In this document: positions 1 through 12,920 of the stretch, in pieces | Layout of the letters: the number at the start of each line of letters is the position of its first letter | How positions within the stretch are numbered: position 1 is the first letter of the stretch | Source of the DNA: Minutocellus sp. GHC0000111 | Taxonomy: Eukaryota | Direction of reading: 5' to 3' | Assembly: GCA_977018835.1 (NCBI GenBank) | Contig: OZ361256.1 | Span: 5,270,001 to 5,334,000 of the forward strand | Length of the DNA: 64,000 nucleotides | Notes under the pieces: model-generated | The model's input: only the letters and a program-made list of their open reading frames with translations | The model's database searches: none | What the model was told of the DNA's origin: nothing | Position numbers and translations under genes: made by a program

Positions 1-597
1 CATCTCTCTGGCAGCAGCACCAACTCAATTTCTCCACCGCGGAGCACCGGGATACTCACCATGGCTATAACTCGTCACCAGTTATGTGATATTATGAACC
101 TCATCTCTGCAATTGCCTGGGCCGCCACCGATGCGCGTTTCGTCTTCCGAGTGGTGTTGTATCGGGAGTGCTGCCTCTGCCGCAACTGTTGTACCTCTTT
201 TGTGATCTCTCTCAGAACTTCTGAATGTCTGCGGTGATGACGAATGCGAACTTATCGCCAATATCACCCGGATGTGACATAATGGTGGTCGTACTTTATT
301 TAGTTGTCGATTTGACCTCGTACATAACGGCTGATAATGCTTTCGCCGGCCTCTGTGTTCTCACGAGGTCCCGCTCGTCGGTAAGAGTCACCTTTAATAT
401 TATCGCAATAGCGAGCCCGATATTGCCACAAAGCCTTCATTATCTGGTACTGCGAGCCCGCCTACCCTTGTTGAAGTTGTGGTAGTATCTTTTGAGTCAA
501 CCAATAATTGCTCAGGCATCTATTTCGCTCGGGCGGCAGAATAAAAAAGATCGCCGAGTATCTTCTTCTCGGCAGTTGTTCTCATCATCATCTCACC

Positions 598-2584
598 ATG
601 GTTGATACCCGCAAGACGAAGAAAAAGACCGCCATGAAGAAGGGCTCCCCTAACTCCAAGAAGCGCTCCACTGGCCCTTCCAGCGCCTCGCAGGTGATGG
701 CTGCCGCTGGCGTCGGTTCTCCCCCCCGTCCATCTCTGGCGCCGCCGCCAACAGTTCTTCCGTCTCCAAGAAATTGTCCGCTCCTGTTTCTGCCTCCGCA
801 TCCGCCCTTGCCCTCCTCAACGATCAGAAGCCCGCCGCTTTGCTCTCCGCCGATGAGATTGCTATCAAAGCAGACACCGACGATGAAGGCGAGCCTCCCC
901 TTGAAGTCATGAGCGAGGAGAACAAGGCCATCCTCAAGGTCTCCCGCTTCATTCCCAATGGCATGGAGCTTGCCAACGACGGATCCAAGTGGTACCTAGT
1001 CATCATGGGCCAGGTTTACGCCATCGACGTCAACTTTCATGCCATTCTCGAAGTAGCCAAGGACTGGTACATCAAGGCCAACCGCGAGGACTCATCGCTT
1101 GACGCCGAGTCAGTCGTCATCACCGTCTGCGATGCCTTCGAGGAAGCGCTCACTGCCGCCCAGAATTCTGGTGCCACTCAGTATGTCCGTTCCGAGCAGG
1201 CCCCGGATATCTATCCGCCCGCCGTCGAAAGGGCCGTCCAACGGGCCATTACGAGCGTCGCCTCCAAGTCTGACATCGTTACCCTGAATCAGGTAACCTT
1301 AGGTGCGCTCTCTGAGACTAGCAATCCCTACCTCCGTGGTAGCAAAACTAAGTCTACTGGTTTGACTATTGCCGACATCCAACGCTCCGCGGTACAGGGC
1401 GCAATCGCCAGCAACTATCCGGCCTCCGCGTCCGCTGCCGTCAATCCATATGCGACGCCCCCCCCGGTGAGTAACCGAATGGCTAAATTTTGGCTGTTCT
1501 GTATACGCGCGCGTAAGCCATTTTTTGTGTGACGCGATTTCTTCGTTTCTGGCCCCTATCTTGTTTTCTGTTGTAATATCTTACACATTGCGAATCGCTT
1601 CGCTTACATTTCAGAAGCGCATCCCAGAACGCCGGCGGCGCGATCATCAAGATCGAAGGCCAGGCCTCTGGTGCCGCGAAGACCATGGCCACTCGCCCCG
1701 CCATCGCTGCGTCCAGCTCTCTCGCCCTCGTGCCCGGAGGCGCCAAGAGCGCCGGTGCTGGCTCGTCGCCGTCGAGCATCGTCAAAGCTCTTTCGGTGAG
1801 CGACAACCGCTCCTCTCTCTTCGATTCGATCACCGTCAGCCCTGAGAAGATTCACGCTACGATGGCCGTTGCGACCGCCGCCGCGGAAGAGGAGGGAGAT
1901 GGCTTCAACTTCATCGTATCCGGCACAGGAGGCATCGTTGTTGGCAACGGCTCTGCAGTGGCAACCGGCGCCTTGTTCGTGGCCGACTTCGTCGGGGAAG
2001 ATCCTCTGGTCCTTCAAGGCCGACATCTTCTGCGTCGCCGTCCAGCTTCTCGTGGAGAGCGGCGGCGACCGACTTGCTTTCCTTTCCAACCTAGCCAAGA
2101 GCTTCCGTCCCATCCAGCTTCGCAAGAATGAGTTCGGAGCGAACATTGGTGCTACTACCAAGGGCTCCAAGGGGGGCGAGTTTGAAGTCAATATTGTTCA
2201 GTACTCGGTCGCGGTCCTCTCGACCCCAGCAACGTCTCGGGCTCCGCCCTTAACGCGAGCGAGAGCGCCGATGAAATGTTCGGCCTCCTTCACGCCCTGG
2301 TCCAGTCCAAGAGCTTCGCATCGATCTACCTCAATTGCATGCGTGAGAACGAGAAGCTGAAGAAGCTCGCGAAGAGCATCGAGAAGGACAGCCATCCTAC
2401 CTGGAAGGCCTTCAAGAACTGCGCTCTCGTCAAGGACTACCCCGTTCCTCTCAACAAGTTCATGCTCGATGCTGACATCAAGGCGGCCCTTATTCCCATC
2501 CTTGGCAAGCCGGATGCATCTACCTGGACAGCCGAGGAGCGTGGCTTGGCCTATCACAATGGCATCGTCCCAGGTGCGTATTAG
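598..2584 (+). pseudogene. Helitron-associated upstream coding region of unknown function, frameshifted, intron ~1467-1614
   Basis: Chain of overlapping protein-like ORFs (598-912, 774-1532, 1685-2131, 1869-2360, 2276-2584) that switch frame. GTGAGT donor at 1467 and TTTCAG acceptor ending at 1614. Confidence 0.55.
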
Positions 2585-2798
2585 GCCCAGCAGTGGTGGA
2601 CGACGGTGCTCGCTGTATCCGCTATGTGCCAGATCAACCCCAATTACTACCTGGCTAGCGGCAGCCCCAACCGTCACTATTTGTCTTTTGTTATCATTTT
2701 GTTATTTACTATATTAGCGCATGGTTCAGCTGATCAAATCAAACCTCGAGAATACACTTAGCTGAACCATTGCTTGCTAATCGACCGAGGATTCATAG

Positions 2799-3220
2799 CT
2801 GCAGAACTGGTTGGCGTCGAAGAGATAATGTCCCTCTACGACAAGCGCCACTACGCCGCTAGCAGAAAGCCAATTTGCGATTTAGGTTTTTACAATTGCT
2901 GCACCGTCGAGGTCATCGCCCGAGACCGATGGACGATTTTTGTAGAGGTACCTGGTGGTTACTACGTAGAAGAGGGTTTTGAAGTCGACGCCCTGTCATC
3001 CAGCAATGAGCTGAACCGAGATGCCCTAGCAGCGGCATCTTTGTTGATGGATGTTCCAACGGACGATCTGTACGCTCTCCACAACGGGACTCCATTACTG
3101 AGGAGTCGAGACGTACCACTATACCAGCTAGGCATCCACGACGGGTCAACAATAGCGGTGTACCCAAGAATGAGGGGCGGCGTGTGCGTTTCGTCGGTGC
3201 TATGTGGCAGGAAGCGCTCG
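2799..3220 (+). CDS. Exon encoding a ubiquitin-like domain ending in RMRGG, probably spliced to RepHel
   Basis: TIFVEVPGG...LYQLGIHDGSTIAVYPRMRGG (~2933-3181) resembles ubiquitin QIFVKTLTG...IQKESTLHLVLRLRGG. Phase-0 donor GTGAGT at 3221 matches the phase-0 acceptor ATGCAG ending at 3384. Confidence 0.7.
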
Positions 3221-3384
3221 GTGAGTAGAGTCTTCATGTCTTTCTGAAAAACAGATGCTTGTTTCCTCATGATGACGTCATAAATACGTATCCGTCAGCA
3301 TGTAAACCGATTGACGTCACAATTAATACCGACTAACCGAATGGCCACATCTTTTTACCATTGTGTTACTATGAATTCATGCAG

Positions 3385-6300
3385 CAAGGAGAACCGAATA
3401 ATACCAGGAGAGAACGCCAATACCGCAAGAACAAACTCAGCCAAGATTCCGTTCCCCGCAAAGAGCGCAAGCACCCGTATCATGATCGAGTGGCCATCGA
3501 TTCCGACCTGGTACAAGTAATATGGGAAGATAGCATTGAAAACGATATTGTCATCGATGATCCTTACTTCGCAACCAGCAATGCCGACTATCAGCGCCGG
3601 GTCGACGCGGCGAGGGAGGCGATAGAAAACGGTAAGAAGAAAAACTCCTCCAACTACTCTTTTGAGCGTGGTCCGTTCAGAGCTGCGCCGTATGCTGAGC
3701 AAAAAGTACTTGATGCCCTTTTTCGATTCGAGTCGAGAATGGCCAATATCTCGCACTCGGTGTGCGCCAACTGTCGAGAATGCAGTCTGAATATTGTTAC
3801 CAGCGTACGAGCCTCCAAGTGCACTAAATGCCAGGACAAAAAGCGCCGCATTTCCTACAACGACGAAAATAACATGCTGCCGGTATGGATTGACGACGAT
3901 GGCAACCGACACTATGAGATTCCCAAAGAACTCAGTGAACTCACGATTGCCGAAAAGCTTCTCATCCAGCGAGTATCACCACTAGTACCCATTGTCCACA
4001 TCAAGAACGGCACCCTTGGTATCAAGGGCCATGTATGCTCGTTCTTGCAGGATGTGAATGAGGTGGCCACGAGACTACCACGTCTCCCAACCAACGTGAA
4101 AGCTATCAAGATGGTTCGCACCTACAACGGATCCGATGGTCAAGCGACATCAAAGACCTATGTCGTCAACCGTAAACGTGTCATGACAGCTCTCCTATGG
4201 CTCGTTCGGTACCACTGCGACTATAAACAGGCTCATGCGGACGGAGAACTAGTTATCGACGAGTCTAATCTGGGCTGGATGGGCGGTCAAGATGAAGCGC
4301 AGCTTCCTTCTGTTGCCACCATGACCCGTACTTTCGAATCAGCGGCCGACGCCGACGGACAATCTGTCCCATCAGTAAGCGATGTCCACGGGCTCTCTCC
4401 GTCCTCCACGAGCACCGATGAACTTGAGAGTTCTGGGGTCATTTGTCAAGCCGATGCCCGCCTCACCAACGAAGCTAGCGATGCGTTACTACAATCCCTT
4501 AAAGAGTCAGCAAGTAAAGATGGCAAGGTATCAGTGCTGGAATGGCCTCAAACGAGCACGGAGGCATTATCGGAATTCAGTGATGCTGTGAAAATTTTAC
4601 CAATGCCTTCCCGCACTTGTATCCGGGAGGCATAGCCGACGCCAACGATCTTGCTAGAATCACCCAGGTTGATGCCGCCAACTGGGCGAAGCACTTATTG
4701 CTCTACGACGACGGGCGATTCGAACGCGATCCTTTGTGGCCTTTCTTCGCTTTCAATTTTATCCGAAGACGACAAAACGTGCAGAGCGGGTCCTTCTTCG
4801 TTAAGTCACACATATCCAACCCGCCCAAAAGCTTAGATGAGCTCAAGAAGCAGCTCGAAGAAGGCAACTCGTCCTTCGTTAATTAGCTGATGTTCTACTC
4901 CAAGCGCATTAGCGGATCCACGGCTTACTGGCGGTACATGAGATCGCGATTGTACACATGGATTAACTACCACGTTGCCCAGGGTCATGGGCCACCAAAC
5001 ATTTTCATGACCTTATCATGTGCCGAATACTTCTGGCCGGAAATGATACGCCTGTTGGAAGAGAGGGTGTGGATCGCCGAGGGCCGCCACCGCAACGGAC
5101 CAGGCGCGAAGGTCTATGCCAATGGTGATGTGATCGATCTGACCAAGGACACAAAGGCCAGAAATAAAGCCGTCAATGATTACGCCGCGGTGGTGCAGGA
5201 ATATTTCATCAATCGAACGGAGGATTACCTGAAAACAGTCGGAAAGGACGTCCTCGGCATTCAATATTATTGGTGCCGCTTCGAATTCGCAAAGGGACGC
5301 GGTCAAATTCACGCTCATTTACTCGCCATCCTAAAGAAAGAGCTGATTGGTGCGCTACAGAGACAACTGAATGAGAAGAACGGCAGTCCCCAGGAAGAAG
5401 CGCTTCTTGTTTCAAGCTGGGCTAAAGCCACTTTTGGAATGTCTGCGGAATTGGATAGGTAAGTTGGCAGGGGATACAGAACTGCCAAAAATTGGCCGTT
5501 CGGTTAGACTCTCCTCACAAACCACCCATTGCTAACAAGCCTATCCATCTACTACTTGTCTCTACATCATGTAGTCGGGTGGCACGCACGGAACCAACCA
5601 AGTAAGTGCATTGCTACGTTTCACCTCGATGGTGTGACTGAAATCTTTGCTGTTATTATCGATATCTTATTACTGGCATAATTCAATCTCTACATCTTGA
5701 TGCTATTACCAGCGCTACTTCATACCGATTGGGATCAGTAAAGGATTACCGCATGGATGAGTGCAACCTTTGCCACGAAGTACTAATGCATAATTGCAAT
5801 GCATTTTGCATGAGGAAGAAGAAAGGGAGCGCAAAACCGAGGTACTGCCGTGCTGGAGCTGGCGACGAGACCACCCCTAACAAATGCGACACTCCTGGCT
5901 TCCCCCTGCGCTCTGAACCAGCTATAACCCAGGACGATCGAAACTTTCTCCGACGAGAGATGCCGCGAAATCACCTCCGCTTCCACCAAACGCCATTGTT
6001 CGTGCTTCGGGGCTGGCGAGGAAATTGCGACATTAAGATACTTCTGTATCGGTCGAGGGTAAACGATCCGGACCTACAAGAAATTGCCGTCGTGTCTGAT
6101 TATCTTGTTGCCTATACGACCAAGGGCAACGAAACCCTTCAAGTGGAAAGGGAAATCCTCAAAGAGTTTATCCATAAGTGAGTATAAATCTGAGTACTGA
6201 TTGGTGTTCATGGCTGACTTTGCATTACCGATCAATTGACTCCTCATCATTCACATCATTACTTGGTGACGCGTTGTGTATCCACAGTGCCGAGGCAATG

Positions 6301-9200
6301 TCAGGAAATCAGGAGGACGTGATGCGAATAGCCAGGCAACTACTAAATCGGAGCATCGCAAGCCGGACAATATCGAAGCAAGAATGCATGGTGGAACTGT
6401 TAGGACTTCCGCTGGTGCTGTGCACGGAGAGCTTCGAGACTGTCAACTTATCGGGTAGCTACAAGCTCCAATCCGACACACATCGCGATCTTCTGTCCCA
6501 GTATCGACGACTGGCAGCGGATAATCCTACAATGTCGCTTCACGATTTTGTTACCAAGAAATTAATTGAGCGCAACAACGGCCTCGAAATAATTCCGCAT
6601 TACGTCGGCGCTAGCGGGCAACCTAAGTACCCACCAACCAAGGAATACGCCATGGCGACGCTCCTGGTGTACAAGCCATGGGCAGGAAAATCGCTACCAA
6701 GAAGGAGTGCCAAGCAATGGATAGAGGACTTTCTCAACTTCATTAGCAGCCACGACTGCCCGAAAGGAGTTGCACTCGAGTTCGCCCGAGTGAAAGAGCG
6801 ATACGAAAGTAAGCGGCCCGAGGAAGCAGTTGCCTCGGAAGAGTGTTACGACTCGGGACCGCGAGCGGAAATGGACGACGAGACAAAGGATGTCCTGAGC
6901 ATAGTGCGAACTCAGTGCCGACCAACTGATCCATTCTTCTCGATTAACGACTATCAATTCAATCGCGGCCTAACGTATGACTGGTCTATTAGAAAATTGG
7001 TAAGTGACTACCAGTACGGCCAGAAATTGGCCGTTATGGTAACGATTAATTACATACGCGCTGACTAACCGATATTTACTGCCCACTGTATCACCCACCA
7101 TTTGATTACGACGCAGACTTTCGGGAGCATTGATCACAACAAAAATTGGCTCATGGGTGAAATAGAGAAAACCCGCAGAAGCGCCGAAGGCGACGATACA
7201 TACAAGCCCTTCACCATGAACGTGAACAATAGGGAGAAGTAGAGATGAGCATGTGTCACGCCAAGGACGATCAATTGACCATCATCGTCACAATTATGTT
7301 GAAATTAAAAGAATGGATCGAGTGCGCGACCAGCAACGACCCGGAAAAGGCTGCTACTTTCAAACCACTCCGGATGACCATAAGGGGTTCTGCCGGAGCC
7401 GGCAAGAGTTTCTTCATCAAATGCCTCGCCAATTCCATCCGAAGAATATTCAACCGCCAAGACGTCGTACACGTCGCCGCGCCCACGGGAGCCGCGGCAT
7501 TCAATGTTGGAGGAGAGACCCTTCACCGCAAATGGTCAATCAATCCCCACAAGCCGTCGCAAGAGATGGGGGAACAAACAAGAAGCCGCCAACTGAATGC
7601 TCACAGACGCGTACTAGCTTACATAATTGAGGAGCGGAGCATGCTTACCGCCGATGTGCTATGCGCAGCGGAACGCAATGCCTCATCCGTCACTCACGGA
7701 GGAAATCATGATGACGAAGACTGGGGCGGCGTGCCAATTGTTATTAAAGTCGGTGATGACTACCAGCTACCCCCACCGACCAACCGCGAGAAGGGAGCTT
7801 TTGACACCATGGACTCGAAATCATCGTGGTCGCAGCAAAATCTCAGTGGCACCGCATCCTTCGGCAGCGAGCTGTTCACAACAATGTCCGAGCATTGCAT
7901 GGAGCTGACCAGCGTTAAACGCCAGAATTCATCGCAATCTCATTTCAAGGACCTCCTAAGCCGCCTCAGACTAGGAGATGCGAATTACCACGATGCCAAC
8001 ACACTGCTGAGTCTCCACTTAAGCAATTACAGCTCCGAAAAAAGAAAGCAGATACTCAACGAGGGAGTAGTGATGCACTTGTTTGCAACCAAAGCGCCAA
8101 GAAACGAGCACAACTACGAGCGACTGAGCGAAACCAGCAACGAGGACAACCCAGTGGCGTTGGTCAAAGCTCAGTGGTCCTCGACTAGAGGTCTGGCGTC
8201 GTCAACTATCGCTCAACATTATGACTCACCACCTGAATCCGCCACTCTTCTGTGCCGCGGGGCAATGGTGAGAATTGTAGACCGCAATTTCGAGCCGGGG
8301 TGGGGCCTGTACAACAACTCCATTGGCACAGTTCGCGACATAGTATTCGCCCCGGGGGATGATCCAAATTCCGGGGACCTCCCACAATATATTGCCGTGG
8401 AGTTTAGCCACTACACTGGCCCTGCATGGGACCCTGCAAATCCAAAGGTAAGTTTTATCAACATGCCCAATGCAACAAAGCGGCATCAGGTTTAGCATCG
8501 TTAGCATCTACCCTTGCCTCTACACACGAGTTGTTGCAGTGCAGTGGCATCAGGTTTAGCATTAGCGTCTACCCTCACCTCTACACACGAGAGAGTTAAA
8601 ATTGCAACTAACAAAAACATGCCTGCGATTTAATGATGTTCAACAAATGCCAGGTGGTGCCGATCCCCATGGTCACTCAACGGTGCGACAAGAAGTGCTG
8701 CTGTGTGAAGTTCTGTCCACTGGACTTGTCGTTTGGAATGACATCACACACTTTTCAAGGGCAGTCAGCTGGACCCGTAGACGAAGGCCAGCAGCCCAAG
8801 AGTGCAGTTGACAGAGTGATTGCTGACCCCGGGACAAGGTCGTTCGAAGGGAACAATCCAGGGACTCTCTACATGATCTGCTCCCGTGCCACCACAACAG
8901 GGACGGGGCAGTTGGACTCAGCCATTTACTTCAGCGGCCCTAACACGAACAAAGGGAGGGTTCTCGACCTAAAGCACCAAAAAGGAACCAAAAAGCTGTA
9001 CAAAAAAGTAGCTCTGCGGGAAGCCTGTGGGTTGAGCGATTGGAAGCGAAGACCACGAGGCCGAGGCACCGCAGGGCAGTCATCGACGAGGTCACCAGCT
9101 GGGCGAAGAGCACCTACATCACCACGGACCAGCTAGACGAGGCCCCCGCAAGACAGGACTGGCGGCTCAGAGGCAAAAAGTCAGTCAGCTGCTACTAGCT
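3385..9200 (+). pseudogene. Helitron RepHel: Zn finger, DUF6570-like region, HUH endonuclease and PIF1 helicase; multi-exon and disrupted
   Basis: CANCREC..CTKC; ELTIAEKLLIQRV..KGHVCSFLQD; Rep motifs IFMTLSCAE, RGQIHAHLL and YLVAYTTK; helicase motifs GSAGAGKS, APTGAAAFNVGGETLH, GDDYQLPP, TSHTFQGQS and YMICSRAT. Introns near 5459-5573, 5602-5712, 6178-6287, 7000-7117 and 8448-8653. Frameshift near 4598, in-frame TAG at 4884-4886, further breaks near 7240 and 9025. Confidence 0.92.
8480..8591 (+). repeat. Imperfect ~50-bp direct duplication inside the last RepHel intron
   Basis: ggcatcaggtttagca...tctaccct..cctctacacacgag occurs at ~8482-8530 and again at ~8546-8591. Confidence 0.85.
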
Positions 9201-9748
9201 ACGTCTACCTAGCCTACAAACAGATGGGCCTGCACAGAGAAGCAAGTGCTGGCGACAGCACGGTGACTGACTGTTGCACTGCACATGCACAGACGCTTGC
9301 TTGCCACTGGGAACAGCGAGCAAGGCAAACCAACAAAACGGCCAAAAATAAGCCATTCGGTTAGAATAAAAAAGAGCTGCAGGCAGCAGCCAAAAAAGTG
9401 CCAAACCCAAAATCTAGGGACAACAATTGTGGAAGATTTTTACTTTCTAAATGACGTGACAAAGAATCACCCCTAACTCAGCTTCGTAAGACCCGCCAGG
9501 CCGGAAAAAGGGGACCACCAGAAAGTAAACCGATAGCACAGAGTTTCAAAGAGCAAAAGCCAGCCATGCCACCCAGGAACGTGTGCTACCCGTACACATG
9601 CGATTATTCATGGATGTATAGTTTTGCAACTAAAAGAACCCTTGCATGCCCGATGCTAAATACGGCCCTCCACCCAGGTCATTGGTAGAGTCTCCAGCAA
9701 GCTGGGCAGGGGAATTAGAGGGCGACCGGGCCCATTTTGATGGCTGTA

Positions 9749-9770
9749 CCTTTCGAGTTCAGAGGATTTG
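9749..9770 (+). repeat. Left terminal inverted repeat of the DD39D element
   Basis: cctttcgagttcagaggatttg preceded by TA. Confidence 0.85.
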
Positions 9771-10073
9771 AAAGTGACGTGATGATGACGTATTAGAAAC
9801 ACGACCACACCAGACCAAAAATCCAAGCTCACTTTTTCTAACTCCGAGGAATAAATGACGGCCAAGATGGAAGTCGGGGCAAGAACCAAGTTATGGTCAC
9901 CAACTTCTACATATAGTCGAGAGATATTGTGCACCAGAACCAATAAATGTACATTATGTGATGATTTTTTTCGACATTTGCATTCCTCACCCCGGGAAAA
10001 AATAACATTTTTGGAAGCACCAAATCAAAATGTAATGAATAGAAATGGACATGCTATGATAAGTTATAGCAAA

Positions 10074-12920
10074 TCAATGAATGACTCCATCGTCTTCATC
10101 ATTTTCATCTATGTCGTCCTCAATGTCATCATCTTCGCCGGGAGCATCAATTGGCCAGAGTGGTTCACCATCCTCTTCAGCTTCTTCCTCGGCAATTTTT
10201 GCGAGACCAGCCTTTCCCCGTCTGGTCTCCACAAGATTGTTACCGCCACGACTTCTCTTGATGTTGTTATATATCACTGGAAGTTTTCCAAATACATTGA
10301 GAAAGGCCTCTTTTGATGCGACATTGGCCCATACTTTCATCACAGTCTTGTCAAGAGCATTCGCATCATTCTTCTGACCGCGATGCTCCTTTTCGACGGC
10401 CGACTGCAAAGACATCCAGATGCCGAGATCAAGAACATTAGTCTCGGGCGACCGAGGAACCTGCTGGATTATCTCAATCTTATATTTGTTTTTGAGGTCC
10501 TCGGTGTACTTCTCAACTGCTTCATTGGACCCATGACCGCCGGCATTGTCCATCATAAGATATGTGACATCAGACTCCTGAATATTTTGTGGGGATCCCA
10601 CTTCACCCAATGATGTGCGTCTCGAATCGCCTTCCCGACCTCATTCATAGTCTCCAACATCCATTTGGAGTCGCAGCTACAGTCCTTGGTAACCTTATCG
10701 CCCCGTTGATACCGCACCCCGAGCTCAAGGTCGTCGATCTCAACCTTCACCTTCTCTCCATTGCTATCAGGAGTGTGTCGCTTGAGACTCGAGATCTTTT
10801 GATTGTAGCCAACAGCGGCATGCTTGCGACTTTTTGCCTGACCGTCGGATTTATAGTCCTCGTATTGAAGTTCCAATCGCTCTGTAACAAACTCAGAAAG
10901 GCCGTAGATTTCGGCAATGTGGTCGCAAAGATGGCCGGCGGTCATGTCAGCATTCTCGTCGTAAATGTCGCGCCAATCTTTGTCATTTTTTAGCGCATCG
11001 TTGACCTTAGCATCTGGAGAGAAATTCTGATTACGCGTAAGCTTTTCCACCTTCTGCTCCCTGGCGACTCTCTTGATCATGATGCGCCCATTGAAATCAA
11101 CGTCTTTGGTTTCATCCTTCATTGGTCGGCCAACAACTCCAAGACACATAACTTTGACAGGGTGTCTTCTGGATCGAATTTTCGGGCTTGCCTCGGAAGC
11201 ATGGACAGACGCGAGGTTCGGACTACTTAGTTCTTCGTCAGAAAGTGGCAACATCTTGATCTTTCGTCGCCGAGTAGCAGTGTAAAACCACTTTTCATCA
11301 AGATGCGCTACAGGAATGTTGGGATCGGTCGTAATGTCCTCCCACTTTTCGATCCAATCAAGTCGCTTCCTGCAATGTTCGGGGGTGAGCCTCGGCTTCT
11401 CGATCGACGACTTCTCCTTGCCGCCTTGCTTTTTCCACCAGCGAAAAAGCTGAAGACGATGGAGACTAATTGTCAGCCTATCTTCATCTGGAGTAGCTGA
11501 TTTTGCGCTCATACAGTCAGCTAGCTCCTTAAAGGTTGCCATCGCACCCTTCATCCGAGTGGCATGCCGATGCAGCTCGCGGAGACATCCTGGCTCCTTC
11601 TCCTCGATCATGTCCGTGTGTGCCTTCCTTCCACGAACCTCCTTTCTGCCGATGGGATTGCTGATGCCATCAGTAAGGCTTTTGTAGAGCTGGTCTCTCC
11701 ACTTGTAAAGCTGAGAACCACCGGTTGACTTGGTTGGCACAACCGTGATCGTGCGCAACTTGCCGACGACGCGCGGCAGTTGCAATTTGTTGCCGGTCTT
11801 CATGCGTGCGAGTTGGGTCGCCGCATCCCCACCAATCCGCGAGAGCCACGGCGCTGAACCGCATTCTTTCATTCGCCTGCTTTTCTTTTCTGATTGGCAT
11901 TGGTTCGGTGACGGTTGCATTGGGACGAGGAGGACGGAGCATGTCATCGTTGGCCATCCGAACAACAAAGTCGAGGCCGAGAGCGACCTTTGCCTGTTCA
12001 TCAATGTCACTGGAGGTGGCACAGACAACGGAAGTATCGGCTCCTCCTAAACCTTCATCATTGGGGGAGGCTGCAGCTGCTTCAGTGGCGGAAGTGTCAC
12101 CAGTTCCCTTCAGCATGCTGAGGAGACTTGCTGGCATCCAACCCAGTTTCTTGGCCTCGTCAACTAGTGATTTTACTCTTGCTTCGCAATGCGCTGACTG
12201 CACCTCCTTTCTGTGAGCTGACAACCTCTCACCTAGCTTAGTAGCTAAGACAGTCGAGCGCCCAGAGAACAGAACTTCATCGGGATTTCTTTTCTCGTGC
12301 ACCTTCTGTCCCTCCGGTCCAGAGAATTTCGGGTGGTTGTCCTCCTTCCTTTTACGCAACCTGTGAGCACAAACATAAAGCGCCCCCTGCGTCTTGTCTT
12401 CCCTCTCGGCCGATACGTCGACAAGTGCAACTTCAAACTACAATGCTCCTTGAGATGTTGCTGCATATCCTTCCATTTTTCCTCGTTGTACTGTAGCTCA
12501 TACTTTCCTCCACCGACGGACTTGGAACGCAACAAGTCGGCCTCGATGAAAGCAGGGGGAGGACGTCTCTTCCCATTTCTGCCGAGAACCAACACAAATG
12601 TCATCTTTGCCGCAGGAATCGGGGGTTACTCTCCACCACAGATCCTTACCAGCCCTTCGAATGACATCTGCTGCAAGGAGAAAGGCCATGGGGACAGGAG
12701 GAGGGGCCGTCCTCTTCTTCGCCGACGACGGTGACGGTTTGGCGGGCGAATTTGACCGTGGCCGCTTCTTCGACGTGTTTGCGCTCGGCGATGGTGTTTT
12801 CGGCTCAGCTGCCGCCTTTGCCGCCTTCCTGGATGCCTTGGTGTTGCCTCTCTTGCTCCCTGAGAACGAAGTTCTGCTGCGTTTGTATTTTTTGGGCGTG
12901 GTCTGGTTGGTCGTCTTCAT
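10074..12920 (-). pseudogene. DD39D transposase, frameshifted
   Basis: Catalytic motifs HLDEKWFY, MDNAGGHG and PRSPETNVLDLGIW, with 39 residues between the 2nd and 3rd Asp. Coding is split over ORFs 12498-12971, 12245-12604, 11670-12359, 10553-12028 and 10074-10610. Confidence 0.88.

Larger units (their letters stand above)
598..9400 (+). mobile_element. Helitron-type rolling-circle transposon, degenerate; termini not resolved
   Basis: Contains HUH Rep and PIF1 helicase coding exons. A ~24-nt motif shared by the upstream-gene intron (1472-1498), RepHel introns and the 3' region (9336-9363) suggests these parts belong to one element. Boundaries are approximate. Confidence 0.85.

Noticed and set aside
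1..500. Short ORFs at the window start
   Set aside because: No recognisable domain or clear gene structure. They may be Helitron 5' sequence but cannot be assigned.
9190..9746. Helitron 3' hairpin plus CTRR terminus
   Set aside because: CTAG sites (~9195, ~9414) and a weak ccagc-aa-gctgg hairpin (~9695) exist, but not in a convincing arrangement.
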